From the NCBI GenBank assembly GCA_028715015.1, contig JAQTLF010000003.1, positions 1 to 51,362 on the forward strand: DNA of 51,362 bases. Direction: 5' to 3'. Positions 27,349 to 36,089 of the stretch are shown here, piece by piece; position 1 is the stretch's first letter, and every line of letters begins with the position of its first letter. This DNA is from Candidatus Moraniibacteriota bacterium. GTDB taxonomy: Bacteria > Patescibacteriota > Minisyncoccia > Moranbacterales > GWC2-37-73. A model generated the notes under the pieces. It saw only the letters and a program-made list of their open reading frames with translations, did no database searches and was not told the DNA's origin. Position numbers and translations under genes: made by a program.

Positions 27349-27825
27349 TTAAGTTAAATGATACTGACGATAGAGTTCGTAAGCCATCGCCGATACGGCA
27401 ACCGGCAAAGTCAAGAAATCGACCTTGCTTTTATCCATCGGCAATTTTACGATTTCATCAAGCAACTGCTGTTTCTCAAGTGTGAGCCCAGACGTTTCTG
27501 TGCCAAAAATAATTACTACATCTTGGTTTGCTGGCAATTTGACATCATAGAAGATTTTGTCAGTTTCGCCAGATGTGCCAATTAGGTACTTACCTTTAGC
27601 TCTCAGGTCTTTGATAGCTTCTTCGAAGGTTTCGTAGTGAATTTCCTTGAAAGTACCCTTGATGTTCCATGACCCAACTTTCGTCTTTACTTTTGGAATA
27701 TCAAAAGACAGTGAATTTTTGCCAGAGGTATAAACGACGGCGTCGATTGACTTGGCAATCTGGACAATGTGCGCCATATCGTATGGCGAACGGATGATAT
27801 CAAATAATAATTCAACTTTTCTCAT
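27349..27825 (-). CDS. SPOUT (SpoU/TrmH/TrmL-like) RNA methyltransferase
   Basis: C-terminal knot motifs VVIIFGTETSGL and KLPM...FLTLPVAVSAMAYELYRQ. The ATG at 27825 lies 1 nt after the upstream stop and has a GGAG SD. The longer ORF to 27888 is rejected. Confidence 0.65.
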   Translation of the reverse strand: MRKVELLFDIIRSPYDMAHIVQIAKSIDAVVYTSGKNSLSFDIPKVKTKVGSWNIKGTFKEIHYETFEEAIKDLRAKGKYLIGTSGETDKIFYDVKLPANQDVVIIFGTETSGLTLEKQQLLDEIVKLPMDKSKVDFLTLPVAVSAMAYELYRQYHLT

Positions 27826-27826
27826 T

Positions 27827-28552
27827 TTATCTATCTCCTTTTGGTTTGATAGCGACCAGAATGAACGGGTCTGATGTAATGGTGGCATCTTTTGCGAATT
27901 TTTCTAGAACCATTTTTTCGTCGGCTTCGGCGAAATTTTCTACAAATGGAAAACTTTTAACCACCGAAACCAGTTCTTGTGCGGAATTGTATTTTCGTGC
28001 AATCTCATATTCATCAAATTTGAAAATTTTAAATCCCGCATTGCACAATAATTCTTTGTAATAGTCTGGTTTTCGTTGCCGGATAATCCTACCACTAAAC
28101 ATTTCTGCAATCTCAATCATACCTTTGCCATAGCCATATTCACGAAAAATGAAAATGCCGTTGCCTTTCAAAACGCGAAAGATTTCGGTTGCATCTATTC
28201 GTGTAACATTTTTGGCAGTTACAATGTCAAAACTACAATCGTCAAATGGCATATCGCCAATATTCGCCTCAGTTATCTTGGCTTTATTGGCAAGATTTTT
28301 GACTGCGAGTTTTACCATTTCACTTGAATTATCAATTCCGAAAAATTGAACTTGCTTGTCGCTATTTTGTAAAATCTGCGACAAAACGAAACCATTTCCA
28401 GTGCCGACATCAAGCAGTGTGCTACCATCATTAAGATGCTGTGTAATCAGAAGTATAAACAGGGTATTCACATCAATGCCTTGTTCGACTTTAAAATTTG
28501 CAACATAATCTCTAATGACTAGAGTCTTGTTATCATATTGCATTGCAGCCAC
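27827..28552 (-). CDS. class I SAM-dependent methyltransferase
   Basis: Motif I LLDVGTGNGFV, FGIDNS, and DIVTAKN. The likely true start is ATG at 28543, preceded by AAGGGGGGGG. Confidence 0.75.
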   Translation of the reverse strand: MAAMQYDNKTLVIRDYVANFKVEQGIDVNTLFILLITQHLNDGSTLLDVGTGNGFVLSQILQNSDKQVQFFGIDNSSEMVKLAVKNLANKAKITEANIGDMPFDDCSFDIVTAKNVTRIDATEIFRVLKGNGIFIFREYGYGKGMIEIAEMFSGRIIRQRKPDYYKELLCNAGFKIFKFDEYEIARKYNSAQELVSVVKSFPFVENFAEADEKMVLEKFAKDATITSDPFILVAIKPKGDR

Positions 28553-28853
28553 CCCCCCCTTGTTTTTCTGAATGTAAATGTATTCAGTACGTTGTTAAAA
28601 AACATCAAACAAAAAAGTTGCGTTGCAATCTCCTGTTCGAATGCTCATATTTATAGCACAGATTACAATAACACAGGATACGAAATAACGCAAGAGTCGG
28701 TCGTCGGATTTTTTAACATGGGATTTAATGCTACAAATACTTGCGTTGTTTATCAATATGTGGTAAAAGTAACTTTACTATAAGGGGAGTACCTAAGGTG
28801 AACTTTTTATGGTTAGTAGTACATTAAAAATCAATTATTAAGGGGGAGAGAAA

Positions 28854-29561
28854 ATGAGTGAGATAAATAATGACTTGTGGTTATTTGATTACAATCAAGG
28901 CGCAGCATACGAAGCTTTCAGTAAGTGTCAGGATGTTTTTAGGGTTATTGAGACACATCTACAGAATAATTTTGATTTTAAGGAGAAAGTAATTCTTGAG
29001 ATTGGAGCTGGAAGTGGAAAGTTTACGCCTTTTCTGGCAAAACAGTGTTCTAAGCTGTATGTTGTTGAAAGAAGCGCAAGTCTTATGCAAATCAACCGCG
29101 ACAAGAATATTCATGCTATCAATACGGAATTCATACTTTCAGATGTTAAAGATCTAGCTATGAAACCCAATAGTATTGATGTGATTTTCGCAGGTTGGAG
29201 CTTGACTTCCATGAGGGAATATTTCGGTATAATTCTTGAGAGTTTCAGGAAATTTTTACGCAAGGATGGAATAATTCTGTTAGTGGAGAATGCTGGCAAT
29301 GATGAGTTTTGTAAAATAATGAATCTCGAAGAGTTTACATCCATAATGAAGAATGTCTATGTGGATATGGGATTCACGCAAAGAAAGGTTGTCAGCACCA
29401 CCATTAAATTGCCGTGTAAAAATGTGTTCTACGATGCATTCCCGAATAAAAAGGAGGCAATGTTGCCATCTCTTGAAATACAACATAAAGTGTTGATTCT
29501 GGAGATGCAATCCTCAGTTTTATTTCAAAAAATCACGTGTAATCATAAGGAGGAAGGGTAA
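28854..29561 (+). CDS. class I SAM-dependent methyltransferase
   Basis: Motif I ILEIGAGSGKFT, VVERS, and DVIFAGWSL. Strong SD AAGGGGGAG. Confidence 0.75.
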   Translation: MSEINNDLWLFDYNQGAAYEAFSKCQDVFRVIETHLQNNFDFKEKVILEIGAGSGKFTPFLAKQCSKLYVVERSASLMQINRDKNIHAINTEFILSDVKDLAMKPNSIDVIFAGWSLTSMREYFGIILESFRKFLRKDGIILLVENAGNDEFCKIMNLEEFTSIMKNVYVDMGFTQRKVVSTTIKLPCKNVFYDAFPNKKEAMLPSLEIQHKVLILEMQSSVLFQKITCNHKEEG

Positions 29562-29562
29562 A

Positions 29563-30474
29563 ATGAAAATCGTAGAATATAAAACTGGACACGAGGAACG
29601 ATTGGCAAAGCTGAAAGTCACGCTTTCTAATCCATTGTCACTCTGTTGGCAGGTTACCAAAAAGTGCAACTACAACTGTTCATTCTGCCTGAGTGGAGAA
29701 CAGGATCAGACGGATTTGCCATTAAGCAAGATTAAATCAATAATTGATGTCTTGGCCGAGTCGAATCTGTTAAGGATCGACTTTACCGGAGGTGAGCCAT
29801 TTCTTCGTTCTGATTTTTGCAAGATTTTGACCTATGCCTCAGAAAAGGGCATTGAGACGCTTGTTACCTCCAATGGTTCGATATGGAGCGAAAAAATCGC
29901 CAGCACTTTATTAGAGACCAACACATTGTTGTTGATTTCTTTGGATGGTGACAAGGAAATTCACGACAAATCTCGTGGTAAAGGCGCTTACAGCAAAGCC
30001 GTAGAGAATATTAAGAGATATCGAGATGCTGGCATTCCGCTTCGCATCAATTGTCTCATTCGAAAGGATAATGTAGATAAAATCGACTACGTCCATCAGT
30101 TAGTGAAAGATCTAAGGATAGATAGATTATTTTTTATCCTGATTGCGCCACAAGGAAAGGCCTATACTGATACAGAGCTTCTGCTTTCGGACAAGGAAAG
30201 AGTGTTCTATTTGGATAGAATTAAGGCGCTTAAGAAGGTATCGGGTGATCATCCATTCATTACGATTCAGGATTATTCAGAATTGGGTAATCATCACTCT
30301 TGCTTCTTGATCGATTCAAAAGGGGATGTAATTTCACAGGGCTATTCTCAAGACGATTGTATTAAGGTTGGCAACATCCTTACGGACGGCCTTGGGAAAT
30401 GCTGGAACAACCCAATTGTTAATCACAAGGGACACTTTCTGCAGTATAGTTACATGTTTAACTATTACATGTAA
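29563..30474 (+). CDS. radical SAM enzyme with a reduced SPASM/twitch-like C-terminal region
   Basis: CNYNCSFC (CxxxCxxC), FTGGEPFLR, SLDG, and C-terminal C-FLIDSKGDV...C-IKVGNILTDGLGKCWNN. It starts 1 nt after the upstream stop, with a GGAGGAAGGG SD. Confidence 0.8.
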   Translation: MKIVEYKTGHEERLAKLKVTLSNPLSLCWQVTKKCNYNCSFCLSGEQDQTDLPLSKIKSIIDVLAESNLLRIDFTGGEPFLRSDFCKILTYASEKGIETLVTSNGSIWSEKIASTLLETNTLLLISLDGDKEIHDKSRGKGAYSKAVENIKRYRDAGIPLRINCLIRKDNVDKIDYVHQLVKDLRIDRLFFILIAPQGKAYTDTELLLSDKERVFYLDRIKALKKVSGDHPFITIQDYSELGNHHSCFLIDSKGDVISQGYSQDDCIKVGNILTDGLGKCWNNPIVNHKGHFLQYSYMFNYYM

Positions 30475-30513
30475 GAAAGTAGCTGTAAGGTTGTACATGA
30501 ACAATTTATTTGC

Positions 30514-30550
30514 AAAGGTCGGAAATTAATTATATCTCCGACCTTTTTTC
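30514..30550 (+). terminator. intrinsic terminator after the radical SAM gene
   Basis: AAAGGTCGGA-N13-TCCGACCTTT followed by TTTC. Confidence 0.75.
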
Positions 30551-30754
30551 TTTTTCTATACTTATTTTTAAAGCAATCCCGTATTTATCAATGTGTTGCA
30601 AGTAATATTATTGGTTTGTATCATATTTGCTTGCTATTAAGCAAATTGACAACTATACTTATAAATGGAGTCTTTTAAGAGCAGCATTATGCCCAGTAGA
30701 ATTTTGATCCAAAATAGATAAGAAATTAAATTAATAATTAAGTATTTTATTTGT

Positions 30755-31252
30755 ATGAGAATAGGAATTATTGGACCAAACAGATGTCCTCAATTAAAAC
30801 AGGAAGAGCTAGAGATAAGAAAGAATAATCTCGGTAAGGTTGCAAGAATTTTAGCAAAAACAAGTTTTGAAATTCTCTTAACTCCCGATAAGGATTCCTT
30901 ATTGGAGTTATTGGGTAAGGAATATTTGAAAAATGATGGCAAAAAAATATCGGAAATAGTCCCACTAGATGATGATTTTGAAAAATACCTGAATGTTGAT
31001 TTAGGAGAAATAATTTCTTGTGGAAAATGGCCAAATCAACCTTCAAAATTCAATGAAGAATGTGGTGTTATGTTTTGTGTTGGATATGGTGGAATGGTTA
31101 TGGCTGAAATAGGTTTTTCTGGATATTATAATCCTAAAAGAATCTACATCATAAATGAATTTATTTCTCAGAAACTTCCTGAGGAAATTGGTTTGGATAT
31201 AAAATATATAAATTTAAATGAGCTAGAGGATACTTTAAAAAATTTAAAATAA
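30755..31252 (+). CDS. Rossmann-like protein, LOG/TIGR00725/SLOG-superfamily-like (weak)
   Basis: 165 aa. MRIGIIGP beta1, IVPLDD, and VGYGGMVMAEIG resemble the LOG-family PGGxGTxxE segment. Assigned by eye only. Confidence 0.4.
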   Translation: MRIGIIGPNRCPQLKQEELEIRKNNLGKVARILAKTSFEILLTPDKDSLLELLGKEYLKNDGKKISEIVPLDDDFEKYLNVDLGEIISCGKWPNQPSKFNEECGVMFCVGYGGMVMAEIGFSGYYNPKRIYIINEFISQKLPEEIGLDIKYINLNELEDTLKNLK

Positions 31253-31348
31253 AAGTAGAAAACAAGCCATGTTAGTTCTGATAAGGGTGTCAATTGGCAC
31301 GCTTTTTCATATTAAAAATCGTTATTTCCACTAATCTCCCATGAGCCG

Positions 31349-31572
31349 CCTCCTTTCTAGGGAGTTAAGGTGCGATCAGTGTCTTCGGACAATTGGTCAA
31401 TTCTAACGGTCGACCTTGTCACTCACGAGTGACAGGTTCTTGTTTACCATTGAGGTAAGCAAAAATTCGGATAACCAGTCATTAGGACTAGCCACGATAG
31501 CTTACGATTAGCTTGTCTTTTTGTATTGCTGTAGGCATGAAAACACTTTTTCGCGAAGGTGTTTTTTTGTTG
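31349..31572 (+). repeat. direct repeat, right copy (16S 3'-end/trailer/terminator sequence without a 16S gene)
   Basis: It starts with CCTCCTTTCTAGGGAGTTAAGGTGCGAT and ends with GAAGGTGTTTTTTTGTTG. It differs from 24215-24440 mainly in two hairpin segments. Confidence 0.9.
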
Positions 31573-31662
31573 GGCAATTATTTAAATACCAAAACCAAGC
31601 TTTATGTAATTTGTAAGGTTGAAGGATGTATTAGTTTGTATAAAACTTTAATATCTAATCTT

Positions 31663-32220
31663 ATGAGAAAAATAATAGTGTGGGATGTTGTTACGCTTGA
31701 TGGCTGTTTTGAAGGAAGGAAGCCGTGGGATTTGTCTTTTCATGATTTGGTGTGGGGGCCGGAGCTGGAGGCGTTGAGTCTCGAGCAGTTGCAAGAAGCG
31801 GATATGCTCGTGTTTGGCAAAAACACATATGAAGGCATGGCGGAGTATTGGACAACAGCGGAAGGGGAGGGAAAAGTAACCGCGCTCATGAATAGTATTG
31901 CTAAGGTGGTATGCTCTTCATCGCTAGAAAAAGCCCAATGGAACAATACGACTATCATCCGCGACGCAATACCTGGATTAAAGCGCCTCAAAGAACAAGG
32001 CAGTGGACCAATATATATTTTTGGTAGCGGAAAACTTGTTCAATCTCTCATGAATGCTGGAATTGTTGATGAAATTCGCTTGTGTATCGCGCCGATTATC
32101 CTGGGCAATGGCCGCAAATTGTTTGATGATGAAAATATGACGCGTAGGCTCGAATTGCTTGAATCTCGATCGCTTCAAAATGGTGGCGTTATTCTTCGGT
32201 ACGAGGTAAAAAGATCGTAG
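31663..32220 (+). CDS. dihydrofolate reductase family protein (RibD C-terminal domain-like)
   Basis: MRKIIVWDVVTLDGCFEG..., GKNTYEGM, IYIFGSGKLVQSLM..GIVDEIRLCIAPIILGNG. The ORF-track start at 31513 lies inside the repeat and terminator, so it is rejected. Confidence 0.75.
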   Translation: MRKIIVWDVVTLDGCFEGRKPWDLSFHDLVWGPELEALSLEQLQEADMLVFGKNTYEGMAEYWTTAEGEGKVTALMNSIAKVVCSSSLEKAQWNNTTIIRDAIPGLKRLKEQGSGPIYIFGSGKLVQSLMNAGIVDEIRLCIAPIILGNGRKLFDDENMTRRLELLESRSLQNGGVILRYEVKRS

Positions 32221-32260
32221 TCCTCTTTATGGATTTATTTTTGCTAATGCGTTATGATGG

Positions 32261-33064
32261 ATGAATAATAAAAAATATACATTCATGACAATTAAAAAAA
32301 TATTTCCAAAACTGAAGAAATGGCACTTGGCAATCAAAATAATTCCGATCATGCTGGGCATAGTTGTTCTGAAGCTGCTGTTCCATAAATTCAGCTTAGA
32401 GTTTATTTCCCTGAATGCTTTGTTTACCAGTTTGATTGCAGCCACGACTTTCTTGATCGGATTTTTGATCACGGGTGTTATTTCAGATTACAAAGAAAGT
32501 GAAAAAATCCCGGGAGATATGGCCTCAGGCTTGGAAGCGCTCTACGACGAGATTTATATTTTGGACAAAAATAAAGGCAATAGCACAACCAAAAATTTCA
32601 TTGTTTTCCATAAGGAATTTTTAAAATCGATCATTGATTGGTTTTATCGCAAAGAAAAGACCAGAAGCATTTTGGACAAATTGCATAAAATGGATGACCA
32701 TTTTGCTGAATTGGAAAGCATTATTCAGCCGAACTTTCTGACCCGGATGAAAAACGAACAAGCAAACATCCGCAGGATGGTTGTCAGGGTGGACAATATC
32801 CGGGATCTTTCTTTCGTGCAATCAGCCTATGCTATCGTTGAGTCACTAGCTTTCTTTGTGATTTTCGGCCTTTTGGTCTTGAAAGTTGAGCCGTTTTATG
32901 AAGCTTTGTTTTTCACTACTCTAGTTTCGTTTTTGATGGTATATATGATATTTTTGATCAAAGATTTGGACAATCCTTTTAATTATTCTGAGCATGGTGA
33001 AAGTGGCACAGAAGTTTCCATAAAGCCGATCCGTGATTTGATCGCAAGACTGGACAATAAATGA
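32261..33064 (+). CDS. integral membrane protein (bestrophin/DUF4239-like, weak)
   Basis: 267 aa. Two N-terminal and two C-terminal TM helices flank a soluble helical region. C-terminal LDNPF motif. Confidence 0.45.
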   Translation: MNNKKYTFMTIKKIFPKLKKWHLAIKIIPIMLGIVVLKLLFHKFSLEFISLNALFTSLIAATTFLIGFLITGVISDYKESEKIPGDMASGLEALYDEIYILDKNKGNSTTKNFIVFHKEFLKSIIDWFYRKEKTRSILDKLHKMDDHFAELESIIQPNFLTRMKNEQANIRRMVVRVDNIRDLSFVQSAYAIVESLAFFVIFGLLVLKVEPFYEALFFTTLVSFLMVYMIFLIKDLDNPFNYSEHGESGTEVSIKPIRDLIARLDNK

Positions 33065-33197
33065 TTACAATTGCTTTTTGAGGTATGCTCAAAGCATAAG
33101 TATAAAAAATGATTTGCATGAAATTAGGAGGGTATTAACATTTTACACCAATTAATGATTAACATCGCCATAATATTATTTATAAAATATAAAAATT

Positions 33198-33593
33198 ATG
33201 CCCAGATATGATATGCCAAATGCTAATAATATTGAACAAATTAAGCATGCAGAAAAAAAGTTGGATATTGAAAAAGAAAAATCCGAGCATATTCCAACTC
33301 CAGAAGAAGTAAAATCATTATTTGAAAAATTGGTTGGAGAAAACGGATATGAAGATGTTCGTAAACTTGAGGATGAGAGAGGTCTCTATTTGTGGGAAAT
33401 TAAAATTGCTCAAGAGGATGGCAGTATGGAATATTCATATATCAGAAAAGGTGATTATAAATCCAGAGGACTTGCAGGAGGCTCTGCATCGGAGACTGCA
33501 ATTCACGTTACATATTTTAATGAAGACGGAATACCAATCAGCGGAACGTCCGTACTTAAACTTGTTAACGATAAATGGGTGGAAACCTTGTAA
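33198..33593 (+). CDS. hypothetical protein
   Basis: 131-aa ORF. No recognised motif. Confidence 0.5.
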   Translation: MPRYDMPNANNIEQIKHAEKKLDIEKEKSEHIPTPEEVKSLFEKLVGENGYEDVRKLEDERGLYLWEIKIAQEDGSMEYSYIRKGDYKSRGLAGGSASETAIHVTYFNEDGIPISGTSVLKLVNDKWVETL

Positions 33594-33660
33594 TTTTATT
33601 GCCATTAGTCTCGCAAGAATGGCTTGTTTGAGCTATTTGGATAACTTTTGGATAACTTTA

Positions 33661-33689
33661 TTGACAAGTTTTCAATATTTATATAATAT
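33661..33689 (+). promoter_or_regulatory. sigma-70-type promoter for the glycine-rich minigene
   Basis: TTGACAAGTTTT -35 block. TATAAT/TAATAT lies at 15-17 nt spacing. Confidence 0.55.
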
Positions 33690-33757
33690 ATCAATAAATA
33701 ATGCTCTTACGAATTTAATTGAGCATTAAAAAAGCCTCTTATTTGAGGTATTTGAAA

Positions 33758-33880
33758 ATGGAAGGGGGTGTTAGCATGGGAGGAAAAGGTGGTCACGGTG
33801 GAGGAAATGCTGGTTCCGGCGGTCAAAGTGGCGGCGGAGGTGGTAGCACCGGTGGCGGAAGCGGTACTCGCGGAAAATAG
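33758..33880 (+). CDS. glycine-rich small peptide (34-40 aa), below the ORF-track cut-off
   Basis: MEGGVSMGGKGGHGGGNAGSGGQSGGGGGSTGGGSGTRGK. The second ATG (33776) is preceded by GAAGGGGG. Promoter upstream and strong terminator downstream. The 62-aa antisense ORF 33707-33895 is a shadow. Confidence 0.5.
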   Translation: MEGGVSMGGKGGHGGGNAGSGGQSGGGGGSTGGGSGTRGK

Positions 33881-33910
33881 CGATTGCCAAAACAAGGTGT
33901 AGGTAACATT

Positions 33911-33950
33911 GCGTCCTTTTTGATTTTAAAAAGGACGCTCTTATTTTTTT
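33911..33950 (+). terminator. intrinsic terminator
   Basis: GCGTCCTTTTT-gatttt-AAAAAGGACGC followed by TCTTATTTTTTT. Confidence 0.8.
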
Positions 33951-33970
33951 AAATGTGTTATAATAAAAAA

Positions 33971-35236
33971 ATGGAACACAGAATAGAAAAATTACAACTT
34001 AAAAATGGTGCGAAATTGATAAATGTGGTTATTAAAAATTTGCCAATAACTATGGTTTCTGCGTGGTTTAGGACTGGCTCAAGATTTGATCCGGCGGGCA
34101 AGGAAGGCCTTGCTCACTTTTTGGAGCATCTCTGCATGAAAAAAACAAAAAAATATCCAAATGAAATTGAAAGGCTGAAATCTTTGGAATCAAGAGGAAT
34201 TAAATTCAATGCTTATACGAGTTATGAAACAACCCATTTTTACCATGTTCAGGAAAAAGAAGAAACTTATACTTCGCTGGAATTTTTGATTGATGGATTG
34301 AATGACTACGTTCTTTGTGAAAATGATATTGAAAAAGAAAAAGGCATCGTGATAAATGAAATGCTTGAAAATAAATCCAATCCCAATGAATATATCTGGA
34401 ATATTTCAAATCAGGCTCTGTGGAAAAATTCAACAATGGGAAGGAATTTTTTTGGAAACAGACAAAGTATAGAATCAATAAAAAAGGATGATTTGGAGAA
34501 ATTCATACAGCAATATTATTCTGCACGAAATTGTGTATTTGTGGTTGTTGGGGATGAAGATACTGAAAAGCTTGGAGAATTTTTCAGTAAAATAAATTTT
34601 AAAAATGACATTGAGGTAAAAAAAGAAAAAGAAGCATATGGGCAACCCGAGAAATTATCGATTGCTAAAAATGACAATAAACAAGTGACTGTTGCTGTGG
34701 CTTTCAAAACATTTTCAATGGGTGATTTTTATGATATGGCAATCATGGATTTCATCAGGGATTATTTAAGTAATAAATGGATCTCAAAATTAATTGAGGA
34801 ATTGAGATTGAAAAGAAATATCACTTATTGGGTTGATGGAGTTTCTGTCAATTTTTCAGACACTGGTTTTTTACGCTTGGTTTTTTCATGTGATAAAAAA
34901 TTTGTTTTGGAAGCTATTGGGATAATTTTAGATGAAATAGAAAAAATTAAGGCAGGCTCATTTAAGGATGTAGACTTGAGTTATTTTAAAAAATCTTTTA
35001 CATCGTCATTGGCCATAAAATTCACTGATCCGTATGAATATTTGTGGTGGTATGGATGGCAGGCAACTATTTTGGGAAAGAACGAAGTGTTTTCCGTTGA
35101 CGAATATGTTAAATTAATCCAAAAAATTACACCTGGAGATATGCGTGAAATTGTTGAAAAATATTTGGATAAGGAAAATATTTCGATATCAATTATTGGG
35201 GATGTTGAAAGCACATCCTTTGATAGCTTGAAGTAA
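33971..35236 (+). CDS. M16 (pitrilysin/insulinase) family zinc peptidase
   Basis: Inverted zincin motif HFLEHLCMK (HxxEH) and the two-domain length. ATG 33971 lies 6 nt after a TATAAT at 33959-33964. An alternative start is 33953. Confidence 0.8.
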   Translation: MEHRIEKLQLKNGAKLINVVIKNLPITMVSAWFRTGSRFDPAGKEGLAHFLEHLCMKKTKKYPNEIERLKSLESRGIKFNAYTSYETTHFYHVQEKEETYTSLEFLIDGLNDYVLCENDIEKEKGIVINEMLENKSNPNEYIWNISNQALWKNSTMGRNFFGNRQSIESIKKDDLEKFIQQYYSARNCVFVVVGDEDTEKLGEFFSKINFKNDIEVKKEKEAYGQPEKLSIAKNDNKQVTVAVAFKTFSMGDFYDMAIMDFIRDYLSNKWISKLIEELRLKRNITYWVDGVSVNFSDTGFLRLVFSCDKKFVLEAIGIILDEIEKIKAGSFKDVDLSYFKKSFTSSLAIKFTDPYEYLWWYGWQATILGKNEVFSVDEYVKLIQKITPGDMREIVEKYLDKENISISIIGDVESTSFDSLK

Positions 35237-35263
35237 GGCTCCACTGTTGTAACATTGTTGCAA

Positions 35264-35292
35264 AAAAACACTTTTTCGCGAGAGTGTTTTTC
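35264..35292 (+). terminator. intrinsic terminator (third copy of the AACACTTTTTCGCGA.GTGTTTTT module)
   Basis: The sequence is AAAAACACTTTTTCGCGAGAGTGTTTTTC. Confidence 0.6.
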
Positions 35293-35370
35293 TTGTTGGA
35301 AATTTTGCAATTTGGGCTTGGGTTGGATGTATGAATATACAAGGAATAATTTTTTTAATCGCATAATTTT

Positions 35371-35982
35371 ATGAGAAAAATAATAACCACAACATTTGTC
35401 ACGCTCGATGGCGTCATGCAGGCGCCAGGCGGACCGGAAGAGGACACCTCCAGGGAATTCAAATATGGGGGATGGACAGCCAATTATTGGGACGAGATTG
35501 GCGGTTCGGTCATGAGCGGTTTTATGAAGATGCCATTTGATCTTCTGTTGGGAAGAAAGACATATGATATCTTTGCTTCCTATTGGCCTGATGCCAAGGA
35601 GGATGGCGAGATTAAAGAGAAATTCAATGCCGCAAAGAAATATGTCGTTTCGCATGAGGCCAAGGAGCTTGCTTGGAACAATTCCGAACTCATAACAGGA
35701 GACGTTGCAGAAAGAATCAGGGAGCTTAAAAAACAAGACGGTCCGGATTTGTGGGTGCATGGAAGCGGCAATCTCATTCAAACTCTGCTGAAGGAAAATC
35801 TCATCGACCGCATGCACGTCTGGATTTTTCCGGTCGTGGTTGGCGGAGGAAAGAGACTGTTTGAAAACGGTGTTCCCGCGCAGGGATTGAAGTTGGTCGA
35901 TTCCAAAACAGCTTCCACTGGAGTTGTCATTGCAACATATGAACCAGCCGGAGAACTTGTGACTGGAACAATTGGCGAATAA
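35371..35982 (+). CDS. dihydrofolate reductase family protein (RibD C-terminal domain-like)
   Basis: MRKIITTTFVTLDGVMQAPGGPEED..., GRKTYDIF, LWVHGSGNLIQTLL..LIDRMHVWIFPVVVGGGKRLF. Confidence 0.8.
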   Translation: MRKIITTTFVTLDGVMQAPGGPEEDTSREFKYGGWTANYWDEIGGSVMSGFMKMPFDLLLGRKTYDIFASYWPDAKEDGEIKEKFNAAKKYVVSHEAKELAWNNSELITGDVAERIRELKKQDGPDLWVHGSGNLIQTLLKENLIDRMHVWIFPVVVGGGKRLFENGVPAQGLKLVDSKTASTGVVIATYEPAGELVTGTIGE

Positions 35983-36089
35983 TCATGCAGCACATTCTTT
36001 TTGGTGGACTGTTTGGTTGCGAGTTGTTTTTGTTGTGCAAAATTTAAAAAGGTATATAATTGGAATAGTTAATAAGTTAATAAAAAACA

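Noticed and set aside
28718-28853. Mini-ORFs near the radical SAM operon as possible RiPP precursor peptides: 28718-28783 (21 aa), a 9-aa GTG ORF and a 10-aa ORF just upstream of 28854, and 30497-30529 (10 aa)
   Set aside because: They are very short, lack convincing SD spacing apart from the 9-aa ORF, and have no Cys/Ser/Thr-rich core or leader-like sequence. The last one overlaps the terminator stem. They cannot be supported from sequence alone.
31513-31662. N-terminal extension of the DHFR-like ORF (start at 31513)
   Set aside because: The extension is translated from the 16S-trailer repeat and its terminator hairpin. The paralogue at 35371 starts with the same MRKII sequence as the internal ATG at 31663.
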